DNA from: Elusimicrobia bacterium GWA2_62_23
Lineage (GTDB): Bacteria > Elusimicrobiota > Elusimicrobia > Elusimicrobiales > UBA9959
Length of the DNA: 64,000 nucleotides
Reading direction: 5' to 3'
Assembly: GCA_001799635.1 (NCBI GenBank)
Contig: MGTV01000048.1
Coordinates: forward strand, 16,760-80,759
Positions 17,325-27,059 of the stretch are shown one piece after another. Position 1 is the first letter of the stretch; each line of letters opens with the position of its first letter. A program made the translations under genes and the position numbers. A model generated the notes under the pieces. The model worked only from the letters and a program-made list of their open reading frames with translations. It had not been told where the DNA came from and did not search any database.

Positions 17325-19364
17325 ATGAAAAAACACTGGAAAAGAAAAGAGACCCGCGGCGCGGCCGGCGGGCACGAGGCCCTGGTAGAAGGAGTGATAC
17401 AGCACAAAGGCACCTTCGCCTTCCTGCTCTCCGAAAAGCCCGGCGTCGAGGACGTTTTCATCCGCGGCCGCGGCCTGGACCTGGCCATGGACGGCGACAG
17501 GGTGCAGGCCAGGGTCCGCCCCGAAAAGAGCGGCCGCCTGGCCGGCGAGATAGTGCGCGTGGTAAAAAGGGCGCACAGTTCCATGGTGGGCATCCTCAAG
17601 AAGGTCAAGAACACCTGGGCGCTGTTCCCCGAGAAGGGCAACGCGCCCCCGGCGCTGGTCAGCGGCTTCGCCGGCAAGCTGGCCCCGGTGGAAGGCGCTT
17701 TCGCGGTGCTGGAGGTGCAGCGCTGGCCCGAGGCCGGCGCCGGCGCTTCCGGCATAGTCACGGAAATACTCGGCGACCCCGGCGATATCCGCGCCCGGAT
17801 AGATTCCATCCTGCGCGCGCGGGGCATCAACGAAGTTTTTCCCAAGGAAGTCCTGGACCAGGCCGCGGCCTTCGGCGCCCGCCTGGAACCCGCGGCCTGG
17901 AAAGGCCGCGAAATCCTTTTCGACCTGCCGATCTGCACCATAGACGGCGCCGACGCCAAGGATTTCGACGACGCCGTTTCCCTGGAGGACCTGGGCAACG
18001 GCCTGCTGCGCCTGGGAGTGCACATAGCCGACGTGGCGAACTACGTGAAGTCCGGCACCGAGCTGGACAAGGAAGCCTACGCCCGGGCCACCAGCGTGTA
18101 CCTGCCCGACCGCGTGGTGCCCATGCTGCCGCCGGCCCTGTCGGACAATCTCTGCAGCCTGGTGCCGCGGCAGGAGCGCCTCACCATGTCGGCCTTCATG
18201 GACATAGACCGCAACGGCAAGGTAGTAAAGCGCCGCCTGGCCGAGACCGTGATCCGCTCGTGGCGCCGCTTCACCTACGAGGAGGTGCAGACCCTCCTGG
18301 AGGGCGGCAAGGTGCCGGACGTGCACAAGAGCATAGGCGAGGCCGTGCAGCGCATGGGCGCCCTTACCGACGTGCTCTACCGCCGGCGAGTACAGCGCGG
18401 CGCGCTGGACTTCAACCTGCCGGAATACAAGATAAACGCCGACCCGCACGGCAGGCCGCTGGGCGTGTCGCTGCGCCCGCGCCTCAAGAGCCACCGCCTG
18501 ATAGAGGAGTTCATGCTGCTGGCCAACGAGGCCGTGGCCACCGAACTCTACAACGCCAAGATGCCTTTCCTGCACCGCCGGCACGACTCGCCCGACCCGC
18601 TCAAGCTCAAGGCGCTCTCCGCCGCGCTCGGCGAACTGGGCCTGACCGCGGGGCACATAGAGGGCAAGAACGCGCCCAAGGCCCTGCAGGACGTGCTCCG
18701 CCAGGCCGAGGGACACCCGCTCACCAACCTGATAAACTCGCTGATGGTGCGCAGCATGCGCCAGGCCGTTTATTCCCCGGAGTCGGAAGGCCACTTCGGC
18801 ATAGCCACGCGCTTCTACTCGCACTTCACCTCGCCCATCCGGCGCTATCCCGACCTGATGACGCACCGGGCGGTCAAGGCGCTGCTGCGCGGCAAAAAAG
18901 AGAACCACGGCGCGCTGCCTCTCGAGAAAGCCGGCGTCCACTGCTCCGAACGCGAGCGCGCGGCTTCCGACGCCGAGCACAAGTCGGTGGACATCATGCG
19001 CGCCGAGATGCTCAAGGAACTGGTGGGCTCGGTGATGGACGGCGCGGTGACCACGGTCATAGACAGCGGCGCCTTCGTGATGCTGGGCGACACCGGCGCC
19101 GAAGGCCTGCTGCGCGTGAACGGCCTGCGGCCCGGCGCGAAAGTGAAAGTGATGATAGCCAACGTGGATACCGCGGAAGGCAAGATAGACCTCTCGCTGG
19201 AAGGGCGCCCCGCGCCCGCGGCCGGCAGCAGGCCCCAGGGCGGCGGACAGGGACAGCAGCCCGCGGCGGGCCGGGAGCGCTGGAAATTCTCCGACTGGAA
19301 GAAAGGCAAGCGCGGGAACGGGGGAAGAGGCGGGGGGCGCGGACGCGGCAGGGGCAGGCGCTGA
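17325..19364 (+). CDS. rnr: Ribonuclease R (RNB family)
   Basis: TIDGADAKDFDDA catalytic motif, HIADV, IEEFMLLANE, HFTSPIRRYPDL; short S1 and basic RG-rich tail. Confidence 0.9.
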   Translation: MKKHWKRKETRGAAGGHEALVEGVIQHKGTFAFLLSEKPGVEDVFIRGRGLDLAMDGDRVQARVRPEKSGRLAGEIVRVVKRAHSSMVGILKKVKNTWALFPEKGNAPPALVSGFAGKLAPVEGAFAVLEVQRWPEAGAGASGIVTEILGDPGDIRARIDSILRARGINEVFPKEVLDQAAAFGARLEPAAWKGREILFDLPICTIDGADAKDFDDAVSLEDLGNGLLRLGVHIADVANYVKSGTELDKEAYARATSVYLPDRVVPMLPPALSDNLCSLVPRQERLTMSAFMDIDRNGKVVKRRLAETVIRSWRRFTYEEVQTLLEGGKVPDVHKSIGEAVQRMGALTDVLYRRRVQRGALDFNLPEYKINADPHGRPLGVSLRPRLKSHRLIEEFMLLANEAVATELYNAKMPFLHRRHDSPDPLKLKALSAALGELGLTAGHIEGKNAPKALQDVLRQAEGHPLTNLINSLMVRSMRQAVYSPESEGHFGIATRFYSHFTSPIRRYPDLMTHRAVKALLRGKKENHGALPLEKAGVHCSERERAASDAEHKSVDIMRAEMLKELVGSVMDGAVTTVIDSGAFVMLGDTGAEGLLRVNGLRPGAKVKVMIANVDTAEGKIDLSLEGRPAPAAGSRPQGGGQGQQPAAGRERWKFSDWKKGKRGNGGRGGGRGRGRGRR

Positions 19365-19375
19365 AAAGCGCGGCC

Positions 19376-19412
19376 AAAAAAGAACCGGAGGAAATCCTCC
19401 GGTTCTTTTTTT
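19376..19412. terminator. Bidirectional intrinsic terminator
   Basis: AAAAAAGAACCGGAGGA-A-A-TCCTCCGGTTCTTTTTT between convergent genes. Confidence 0.9.
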
Positions 19413-19425
19413 ATTCGGCCCGCGC

Positions 19426-20151
19426 TTATTTCACCAGCAGGGCCTTCATCTTCTCTATATCTTTGCGGTAAGCCTCTGACTTCAGCAGCTCCGCGTGGTA
19501 GAGGTCGCCGAAACGCTTGCCGGCCGCGATGTCCGTGGGGAAGTGCACGCCGCCTATCACCCGGTCCATGGCTATCTCGTCCGCCTTGGCGAAGAACTCG
19601 TCGCGGCGTCCGGGCGCTATGTCGGAGAGCACGTTGGCGAACACCCGCGAGAAAGAAGAATGCCCGCTCGGGTAGGAATAGCCGCTGCTTTTCTTTATGC
19701 AGGGCTCGGCCTGGCCGGGATAGGCCTTGAACGGGCGGGGACGCTGCCAGCGGCCCTTCATGTTGGTAACGGCCTCTTCCAGGTCCAGCGCGATGCGCTC
19801 GAAAAACTCGACTACCTCGCCGGGCAGCGGCTCGGGGAACGGGCTTTTCTCGCCCCAGAAAGAGTCGTAAGTGGCCTTGGCCGTTTTCTTGGCCTTCTTG
19901 CAGTCGGCCTTGGTGCGCTTGTTCTGCCACTCCATGATGGTGCCGATGTCGGCGGCCTGTTCGGCCGATTCCGGGGCGGGGGGAGGGGCGAACTCCGCGG
20001 TCTTGAACAGGTCAGGCTGCACGTAGTAGACCTGCTGGGAGATCAGGTGGGCCCGTTTAAGGGCTATCTTGGACTGGGGGGAGGAACAGGCGCTGCCGCC
20101 GAGGGCCAGCGCGAGGGCCGCCAATAGTAAATACTTTTTCGTGAAGTTCAT
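19426..20151 (-). CDS. Class A non-specific acid phosphatase (PAP2), lipoprotein
   Basis: ATG 20151; lipobox GSAC; KGRWQRPRP, SYPSGH, RVIGGVHFPTD. Confidence 0.9.
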   Translation of the reverse strand: MNFTKKYLLLAALALALGGSACSSPQSKIALKRAHLISQQVYYVQPDLFKTAEFAPPPAPESAEQAADIGTIMEWQNKRTKADCKKAKKTAKATYDSFWGEKSPFPEPLPGEVVEFFERIALDLEEAVTNMKGRWQRPRPFKAYPGQAEPCIKKSSGYSYPSGHSSFSRVFANVLSDIAPGRRDEFFAKADEIAMDRVIGGVHFPTDIAAGKRFGDLYHAELLKSEAYRKDIEKMKALLVK

Positions 20152-20208
20152 GATCCCAATTATATCACTTTGGCTCATTGCGACGCCTTTTGTAATATAA
20201 TTTCACCT

Positions 20209-21375
20209 ATGCTGAGACGAACCTTTTACGCGCTGGCCTGCGCCGCCGCGCTCGCAGCGCTCGCAGCGCCCGCCGCGGCCGCGACCGCCCTGGAACAGCT
20301 CGGCCCCGCGGCCTCGGTAACGGTCCCGGCCGTGCCGGGACCGGCGTCCGACGGCCGCAAGCCGGGCCTGGAGCAGGCCGATTACAATTACCTCATCTGG
20401 ACCCCAGGCGATAACGGCGACTGGTACGAGTGGTGGTATTACAAGGCTACCGTGCCCGGCACCGACCAGGCTTTTTATTTCTGCTACGGCGTGGTGAATC
20501 CGTGGGACAAAACGCAGTCACGCCCGGCCTCCCGCGCCTATGTCAGCGCCGGCAACTTCCAGGAGGGCAGGACCCACGAGCAGAACTTTCCGGTCCGGGA
20601 TTTCCTGGCCTCGGCTTCCTCCACCTTCGTGAAAGTCGGCGCCAACGCCGCTACCGACCGGTCGCTGAAAGGCCGCCTGCCGCTGGCCGAGGGCGGGGAA
20701 TTCGCCTGGGACCTGACGCTGGAGAAGGACTGGACCTTCAATGCCCTGGGCTGGACCATGTACGTGCCCGGCATCACCAATATCTTCTGGTTCCCGGCCC
20801 AGGCCTCGGCCCGCATGAGCGGCACCATAGTTTACGCCGGGAAGACTTACCGTCTCGACCGCGCCCCCGCCTACCAGGACCGCAACTGGGGCAGGGGATT
20901 TCCCAAGTGGTGGGCCTGGCTGGTCTCCAACCATTTCAAAGGCTCGCCCGGCACGGCGCTGGCCGCCGGCGGCGGCATGCCGAAAGTCCTCGGCAGTTTC
21001 CACATGCCCAATGCCATGGGCATAGGCCTGCGCCATAACGGCAGGGAATACGCCTTCCGCCCGAGCAAGGGCGACATCATAAAGCTGGACATCAATTTCG
21101 GCAGGTGGGAAGTACTGGCGCGCAACCGCGACGGGCAGCGCATCTCCATCTCCGCGTACGCGCCCAGGGAAAAATTCCTGCTGCTCAAGTTTATGGCCCC
21201 TGAGGGCCGCGAGTTCTACGACTACGAGGCCCTCCAGGGGAACATAAAAGTGAAGCTCTACGAGGGCGAGAAGCTGGTGGCCGACCTGGAGACCGACGAA
21301 GGCGGCATAGAGTTCGGCTCCGGCGAGCCGCAGGACTTCGCCCGCCTCTTCACCGCCGAACATAAACTGCAATAA
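20209..21375 (+). CDS. Exported tocopherol-cyclase-family protein
   Basis: ATG 20209; Ala-rich signal peptide; WYEWWYYK, AYQDRNWGRGFPKWWAW, LAAGGG, IEFG motifs. Confidence 0.75.
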   Translation: MLRRTFYALACAAALAALAAPAAAATALEQLGPAASVTVPAVPGPASDGRKPGLEQADYNYLIWTPGDNGDWYEWWYYKATVPGTDQAFYFCYGVVNPWDKTQSRPASRAYVSAGNFQEGRTHEQNFPVRDFLASASSTFVKVGANAATDRSLKGRLPLAEGGEFAWDLTLEKDWTFNALGWTMYVPGITNIFWFPAQASARMSGTIVYAGKTYRLDRAPAYQDRNWGRGFPKWWAWLVSNHFKGSPGTALAAGGGMPKVLGSFHMPNAMGIGLRHNGREYAFRPSKGDIIKLDINFGRWEVLARNRDGQRISISAYAPREKFLLLKFMAPEGREFYDYEALQGNIKVKLYEGEKLVADLETDEGGIEFGSGEPQDFARLFTAEHKLQ

Positions 21376-21394
21376 AGAAGCTGGGCCAGCCGCT

Positions 21395-21427
21395 AGACCG
21401 CCGGGCTTCCCCGGCGGTTTTGCTTTA
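21395..21427 (+). terminator. Intrinsic terminator
   Basis: ACCGCCGGG-CTTC-CCCGGCGGT followed by TTTGCTTT. Confidence 0.75.
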
Positions 21428-21486
21428 GTGCGGGGAGAAGGAGCCGGAGCGTTCCCGGAGTGAGCGTTAGGGCGCAGTGCCTGGCG

Positions 21487-21620
21487 AAGGGGCGGGCGGG
21501 GTATTGGGCCGAGCACCCGTTGGGGAGGGGGGGCCCCGCCATAATTTCCCCGGGCGGGGGGGAACCGCGCAACGGTTCCCTGCAGTCCGGGTGAGCGGCC
21601 TAATACCCCGTCCGACCCTT
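21487..21620 (+). repeat. Long imperfect inverted repeat enclosing internal hairpins (structured RNA or miniature element)
   Basis: 33-nt arms 21487-21519 and 21588-21620 (28 WC + 2 G-U pairs); inner hairpin GGGAACCG-CGCAA-CGGTTCCC. Confidence 0.55.
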
Positions 21621-21664
21621 AACAAATCATTGTAAACGCGCGGGAAAAATTAAATAATAGTCCT

Positions 21665-22834
21665 ATGACACCGGCCATTAACGAGAAGCGCATGGTCCAG
21701 CTGTTCTGCGACCTCGCTAAGATCACTTCCCTTTCCGGCAAAGAAGGCGCCATCGCCCGCCGCCTCTCCATCCTCCTCAAGTTCATGGGCGCCGAAGTCT
21801 TCATAGACGACGCCGGCCGCAAGATAGGCGGCGAGACCGGCAACCTCATAGCGCGCTGGCCCGGCACCATCCCCGGCGAGCCTTTCCTGCTGTCCGCCCA
21901 TATGGACACCGTGGGCCCCGCCGACAACGTGAAGCCCGTGGTCACCAGGGACCGCGTCTCCTCCGACGGCACCACCATCCTCGGCGCCGACTGCAAGGCA
22001 GGCATAGCCATCATCCTCGAGGTCCTCAAGACCATCGAAGACAACCACCTGCACCACCCGCCCATCGAGGCCGTTTTCACCATCAGCGAGGAGATGGCGC
22101 TCATGGGCGCCAAGTACCTTGACTATTCCAAGCTGCGCTCCCGCTACGGCCTCATCTTCGACAACGAACAGGGCATAGAGCACGTCATCACCAGCGCCCC
22201 CGCCGCCGACAAGATGGACATAAAGGTGTACGGCGCCGCCGCACATTCCGGCGTGGCCCCGGAAAAGGGCATCTCCGCCATCAAGGTGGTCTCAAGCGCC
22301 ATCGCCGGCATGAAGCTGGGCCGCATCGACAGCGAGACCACCGCCAATATCGGCTTCATCTCCGGCGGCAACGCCATCAACATAGTGCCGCCCCTGGTGG
22401 AGCTCTCCGGCGAAGCCCGCTCCCACGACCCGGCCAAGCTCAAGAAGCAGACCCGCCACATGGAAGACTGCCTCAGGAAAGCGGTGAAGAAGATCAAGGT
22501 CCGCGCCGACGGCCGCCTGGTGACGCCCCGCTACGAATTCCTGCTCGAACAGAAATTCCCGAACCTCCGCATAGACAAGGCCAACCCGGTGCTGGCCCTC
22601 ATAGCCGCCGCCATGAAAGAAGAGGGCCTGAAGATGAAGCCCTCCGCCTCCGGTGGCGGCACCGACGGCAACATCCTCTACGGCCACGGCATCAAGGCGC
22701 CCATCCTCTCCACCGGCATGCGCGACGTGCACACCACCCACGAGTACCTGGACCTCAAGGATTTCTTCGCCTGCGCCCGCCTCACGCTGAAAGTGATAGA
22801 AGGCTGGACCAGGACCGGCAACTCTAAGAACTAA
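21665..22834 (+). CDS. M20 family peptidase (peptidase T-like)
   Basis: SAHMDTV, ILGADCKAG, FTISEE, AAHSGVAPEKGISAI, GGGTDGN, VHTTHE. Confidence 0.9.
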   Translation: MTPAINEKRMVQLFCDLAKITSLSGKEGAIARRLSILLKFMGAEVFIDDAGRKIGGETGNLIARWPGTIPGEPFLLSAHMDTVGPADNVKPVVTRDRVSSDGTTILGADCKAGIAIILEVLKTIEDNHLHHPPIEAVFTISEEMALMGAKYLDYSKLRSRYGLIFDNEQGIEHVITSAPAADKMDIKVYGAAAHSGVAPEKGISAIKVVSSAIAGMKLGRIDSETTANIGFISGGNAINIVPPLVELSGEARSHDPAKLKKQTRHMEDCLRKAVKKIKVRADGRLVTPRYEFLLEQKFPNLRIDKANPVLALIAAAMKEEGLKMKPSASGGGTDGNILYGHGIKAPILSTGMRDVHTTHEYLDLKDFFACARLTLKVIEGWTRTGNSKN

Positions 22835-22840
22835 GGACCT

Positions 22841-25030
22841 ATGGAACAGAAAAAAAGCGGAGCCCTGAGCGAATACCAGTTCAAGCCTTATGTGGACACG
22901 GGCAAGAGCATTCCCGAATTCACCTTCCAGGCCGTCATACTGGGCTTCATCCTCTCAGTGGTCTTCAACGCAGCCAACGCCTACCTGGGTCTGAAGATCG
23001 GCATGACCGTGTCGGCCTCCATCCCGTCGGCCATCATCTCCATGACGGTGCTGCGCATCATCCTGCCCAAGTTCTTCGGCCGCACCGCCACCATCCTGGA
23101 GAACAACGCCGTGCACGCCTTCGCCTCCATCGGCGAGTCGCTCGCCGCCGCCATCATCTTCACCGTGCCGGCCATCTTCTTCATGGGCGGCAAGATCACC
23201 AACTCCATGGTCTTCCTGCTGGGCCTCACCGGCGGCATCCTGGGCCTGCTGATGATGATCCCGCTGCGCCACTCGCTCATGGTGAAGGAGCACAAGAACC
23301 TGCCCTTCCCCGAAGGCAGCGCCTGCGCCAAGGTGCTCATAGCCGGCGACCAGGGCGGCGCCTCCGCCAAGCCCGTCTTCGCCGGCATGCTCACGGGCGG
23401 CCTGTTCAAATTCGTCATGAGCGGCTTCCTGCTGTTCCGCGACACGATCTCCTGGAGCTTCGCCTCGCTCAACAAGGCGGGGTTCGGCTACGAGATCTCG
23501 CCGCTCTTCCTGGGCGTGGGCTACCTCGTCGGGTTACGCATAGCCGCGGTGATGTTCGCCGGCGGCGCCTTCGGCTACTGGGTGCTCATCCCGGCCATCA
23601 ACGCTTTCGGCGGCGCCAACATAGTCTCGCCCGGCACCATCCCCATAGCCGACATGACCACCGCCGACATCCGCGGCACCTATGTAAAATACATCGGCGC
23701 CGGCGGCGTGGCCTTCGGCGGCCTTATCAGTGTCATCCGCTCGCTGCCGGACATCATCTCCTCGGTGAAGGGCAGCGTGGCGGCCCTCACGGTAAGGGCG
23801 GGGGAGAAGCAGGGCGCGCAGGCGGCCTGCGAGAAGGATTTCGAGAACAACTACATCGTCTGGGCCGGCGGCATCCTGGGCGCCATCATCGGTATTTTCG
23901 CCTTCGAGATCCCCTGGCACCTCGGGCCCGCCAGCTGGGACCCGGTGCTGCAGCTGTTCGCCGGCGTGATCACGCGCGTTTTCCTGGCCGGCTCCGCCGG
24001 GGCGCTCATTCTCGGCTTCTGCTTCTGGGCCATAGCCCGCGGCTCGGCCAAGGCCTGCCACAAGTTCCTGCGCATCGAACAGGACACCCCGCTGCCCATG
24101 GTGCTCGCCGGGGTGGTCGCGATGTTCCTGCTCCTCTGGCTGGTCCCTATGTTCGACCTCACCTTCGTGGAAGCCCTGATAGTGGTGGTGTTCTGCATGT
24201 TCTTCGTGGCGGTCAGCGCGCGCATGGTGGGCCTCATCGGCACCACCAACCAGCCGGTGTCCGGCATGACCATCACCGCCCTGCTGTCGCTCACGCTCAT
24301 CTTCGTCTTCATCGGCCACGACAAGGAGACCGCCAAGGTGGCGGCCATCATGGCCGGCGCCGTGGTGTGCATCGCCATCTCCGTTTCGGGCGACCTGTCG
24401 CAGGACCTCAAGACCGCCGCCCTCATAGGCGCCACGCCCTGGAAGGTGCAGCTGGCGCAGATCTCCGGCGCGCTGGTCTCGGCCGTGCGCTCCGGCTTCA
24501 TCCTGCTGCTGCTCTACATGGCCTTCGGTCTGGGCGCGCCCACGCCGGAGCATCCCAATCCGCTGGAAGCCCCGCAGGCCCAGCTCATGGCGAAGTTAGT
24601 GGAGGGCGCCACCGGCGGCTCCCTGCCGTGGCTGCTGCTCGGCCTGGGCGGCGCCATAGGTCTGGTCTGCGAGCTCGCCGGCGTCTCGGCGCTCGCTTTC
24701 TCCATCGGCCTGTACCTGCCCATCACCAACTGGCCCATGATCCTGCTGGGCGGCCTCATAGCCTGGTTCGTCTCGCGCAAGGCCGGCGGCGCGCCCGAAG
24801 AGGAGCACGACCCCGGCTCGCTGTTCGCCTCCGGCCTGATAGCCGGCGACGCGCTCATGGGCATAGGCATAGCCGGCATCATAGTGCTCAAATGGAACGA
24901 CGCGCTGAAACTGCGCGACCCGTGGGCCGGCAGCTTCGCTTTCGAGGCGGTGCTCTCCACCGCGCTCTACCTCGGCATCGCCGTAGCGCTGTACCTGGTA
25001 GCCAGGAAAAAACACAGGAAGGCCGCGTAA
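22841..25030 (+). CDS. OPT family oligopeptide transporter
   Basis: NAYLGLKIGMTVSASIP, LENN, LPFPEG.AC, NQPVSGMTI, QDLKT, APQAQLM, ASGLIAGDAL. Confidence 0.95.
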   Translation: MEQKKSGALSEYQFKPYVDTGKSIPEFTFQAVILGFILSVVFNAANAYLGLKIGMTVSASIPSAIISMTVLRIILPKFFGRTATILENNAVHAFASIGESLAAAIIFTVPAIFFMGGKITNSMVFLLGLTGGILGLLMMIPLRHSLMVKEHKNLPFPEGSACAKVLIAGDQGGASAKPVFAGMLTGGLFKFVMSGFLLFRDTISWSFASLNKAGFGYEISPLFLGVGYLVGLRIAAVMFAGGAFGYWVLIPAINAFGGANIVSPGTIPIADMTTADIRGTYVKYIGAGGVAFGGLISVIRSLPDIISSVKGSVAALTVRAGEKQGAQAACEKDFENNYIVWAGGILGAIIGIFAFEIPWHLGPASWDPVLQLFAGVITRVFLAGSAGALILGFCFWAIARGSAKACHKFLRIEQDTPLPMVLAGVVAMFLLLWLVPMFDLTFVEALIVVVFCMFFVAVSARMVGLIGTTNQPVSGMTITALLSLTLIFVFIGHDKETAKVAAIMAGAVVCIAISVSGDLSQDLKTAALIGATPWKVQLAQISGALVSAVRSGFILLLLYMAFGLGAPTPEHPNPLEAPQAQLMAKLVEGATGGSLPWLLLGLGGAIGLVCELAGVSALAFSIGLYLPITNWPMILLGGLIAWFVSRKAGGAPEEEHDPGSLFASGLIAGDALMGIGIAGIIVLKWNDALKLRDPWAGSFAFEAVLSTALYLGIAVALYLVARKKHRKAA

Positions 25031-25605
25031 TGCCCCATATCTTCGACCCTGAAGACCGCCACAAGCTCGACAACCCGCAGCGCCGCGAGGCCATGCCGCC
25101 CGAGGAGACGCTGGTGAAGGCCGGCATCAAGCCCGGCGACGTGATACTGGACCTGGGCTGCGGCATGGGCTACTTCGCTATCCCGGCTTCCCGCATGGTA
25201 GGCCCGCGCGGCATGGTTTACGCCGTGGACGCCTCCGGCGTGATGCTGGCGGAACTGCGCTCCAAGACCGCTTCCACCGGCATCTTCAATATCCAGACCT
25301 TCCAGACCAGGATAGGCAAACTGGAAGTTCCCGCCGCCGACTACACGCTGGCCCTGCTGGCCAACGTCCTGCACGAGGTGGACGACAAGAAAAGTTTCCT
25401 GGCCGCGCTCGCCGCCGCGCTCAAGCCCGGAACGAAACTTTCCATCATAGAGTGGAAAAAGGCCGAAACCCCGGCGGGCCCTCCCGTCAAAGAGCGCCTC
25501 TCCGAAGACGAACTCCAGGTGCTGCTCAAGAAGGCCGGCTTCACGGAGCCGGCCGCCAGCGAGCTCACGCCTTCCAGCCTGCTCTTCACCTGCCTGAAAA
25601 AATGA
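25030..25605 (+). CDS. Class I SAM-dependent methyltransferase
   Basis: TAATG overlap; ILDLGCGMGYF, VYAVD, NVLHE, IIEW...GPP. Confidence 0.9.
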   Translation: MPHIFDPEDRHKLDNPQRREAMPPEETLVKAGIKPGDVILDLGCGMGYFAIPASRMVGPRGMVYAVDASGVMLAELRSKTASTGIFNIQTFQTRIGKLEVPAADYTLALLANVLHEVDDKKSFLAALAAALKPGTKLSIIEWKKAETPAGPPVKERLSEDELQVLLKKAGFTEPAASELTPSSLLFTCLKK

Positions 25606-27059
25606 CCGAACTGCGCTTCTTCCATTACTTCCTGGCCGTCCTCTCGGGTTACGGCCTGGCCGCGTCCTTCGCCCCCTGGGGCTACGGGTGGCTGGCCTGG
25701 CCGTCGCTGGTGCCGCTCTTCTACGCGGTGCTGGCCAGCCGCGGGCCCTGGGCGGCCGCCCGTCGGGGCTGGGCCGCGGGGCTCGCTTTCTACATAACCG
25801 CCCTGATCTGGATGGCCAACGTGGTGCATTACCTGGCCATCGTCTTCTGGCTGGTCTTCGCCTTCTGGCTGGCGCTGCACGCCGGCCTCATGCGCGCCCT
25901 GTGGGACCTGGGCTGGGAGCACCGGCCCCGTCTCAAGGCTTTCGCCTGGGCGCTGGCCGCCGGCGCCTGCTGGGCCGGCGTGGAATATTTCCGTTCAGAG
26001 CTGTGGCCGCTGCGCTGTCCGTGGCTGGCGCTGGGCTACAGCCAGACCTATAACCCGGCCATTTTCCAGACCCTCTCCGTCTGGGGAGTGCACGGCCTCT
26101 CCGCTTTCATGGTCTCGGCCGGCGCCGCCTGGGCGCTGGCCCTGCGCCGCCGCGGCCTGCTGCCCGGCGCGCTAGCCGCGGCCGCCCTGGTACTGGCCGT
26201 GGCCTGGGGCCGGCACCGCCTGGAGACCGTACTGCCGGAGCACGGCGAACCGCTCAAGGTGGCGCTGGTGCAGGCCGAGAACGCCCCTCTGGACCGGCTG
26301 GTGAAGTTCAGCCTGGCCCCGGAGGCGCGCGAGGCCGACCTGCTGGTCTGGCCGGAGTATTCCTTCTACATGCCTTCGGACCCGGCGGGGGAGAAGGCCT
26401 TCCTGGAGCACCTGCGCCTGAAACTGAAGCCGTCCAAAGCGGCCGCCGCCCTGGGCGTGGCGGTGCGGGCGGAGCCGGCGCGCGGCCTGAAGCGCGCTAA
26501 CTACATCCTTTTCCTGGGCCGCGACAAGCGGCCCGAAGGCCGCTACGATAAGATGCAGCCGGTGCAGTTCGTGGAAGCCGGCCTCCCGCGCAACCGCGCC
26601 CCCGTGCCGGTCAGGACCGCGCTGGGCGACATGGGCCCGCAGATCTGCTACGACCTGGCTTTCGAAGGCGGCTCCCGGCGCATGGCCGCACAAGGCGCCC
26701 GCCTGCTCATCACCCCGACGCTGGACCCCGCCGAGTGGGGGAAGGTGCAGCACCGCCAGCATTCCGACATGTCGGCGGCCCGCGCCGTGGAATCCGGCCT
26801 GTGGCTGGTGCGCGCGGCATCTTCGGGCTGGTCGCAGGTGATAGACCGGCTGGGCTTCACGCGGGCCGAGCTGGCCCCGGGCACCGAAGGCGCCCTGGTG
26901 GCCACCGCCTACGCCGGGAAAGGCGGGACTTTCTACACCCGCTTCGGCTGGACGCTGGCCCCGCTCTGCTTCCTGTTCACGCTGGCCGCCGCGGCCCTGC
27001 TGTTTTTTAGCCATTTCGGTATTATCGCCGCATCCAAGGGAGAACACAAACATGACTGA
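25602..27059 (+). CDS. lnt: Apolipoprotein N-acyltransferase
   Basis: ATG 25602; TM region with PWLALGYSQ; nitrilase triad motifs VWPE, YDKMQPV, ICYD; RAVE. Confidence 0.85.
   Translation: MTELRFFHYFLAVLSGYGLAASFAPWGYGWLAWPSLVPLFYAVLASRGPWAAARRGWAAGLAFYITALIWMANVVHYLAIVFWLVFAFWLALHAGLMRALWDLGWEHRPRLKAFAWALAAGACWAGVEYFRSELWPLRCPWLALGYSQTYNPAIFQTLSVWGVHGLSAFMVSAGAAWALALRRRGLLPGALAAAALVLAVAWGRHRLETVLPEHGEPLKVALVQAENAPLDRLVKFSLAPEAREADLLVWPEYSFYMPSDPAGEKAFLEHLRLKLKPSKAAAALGVAVRAEPARGLKRANYILFLGRDKRPEGRYDKMQPVQFVEAGLPRNRAPVPVRTALGDMGPQICYDLAFEGGSRRMAAQGARLLITPTLDPAEWGKVQHRQHSDMSAARAVESGLWLVRAASSGWSQVIDRLGFTRAELAPGTEGALVATAYAGKGGTFYTRFGWTLAPLCFLFTLAAAALLFFSHFGIIAASKGEHKHD

Noticed and set aside
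21430-21620. RNase P RNA, tmRNA or SRP RNA
   Set aside because: Too short and lacks the GAGGAAAGTCC P4 motif, tRNA-like ends and the SRP helix-8 internal loop.
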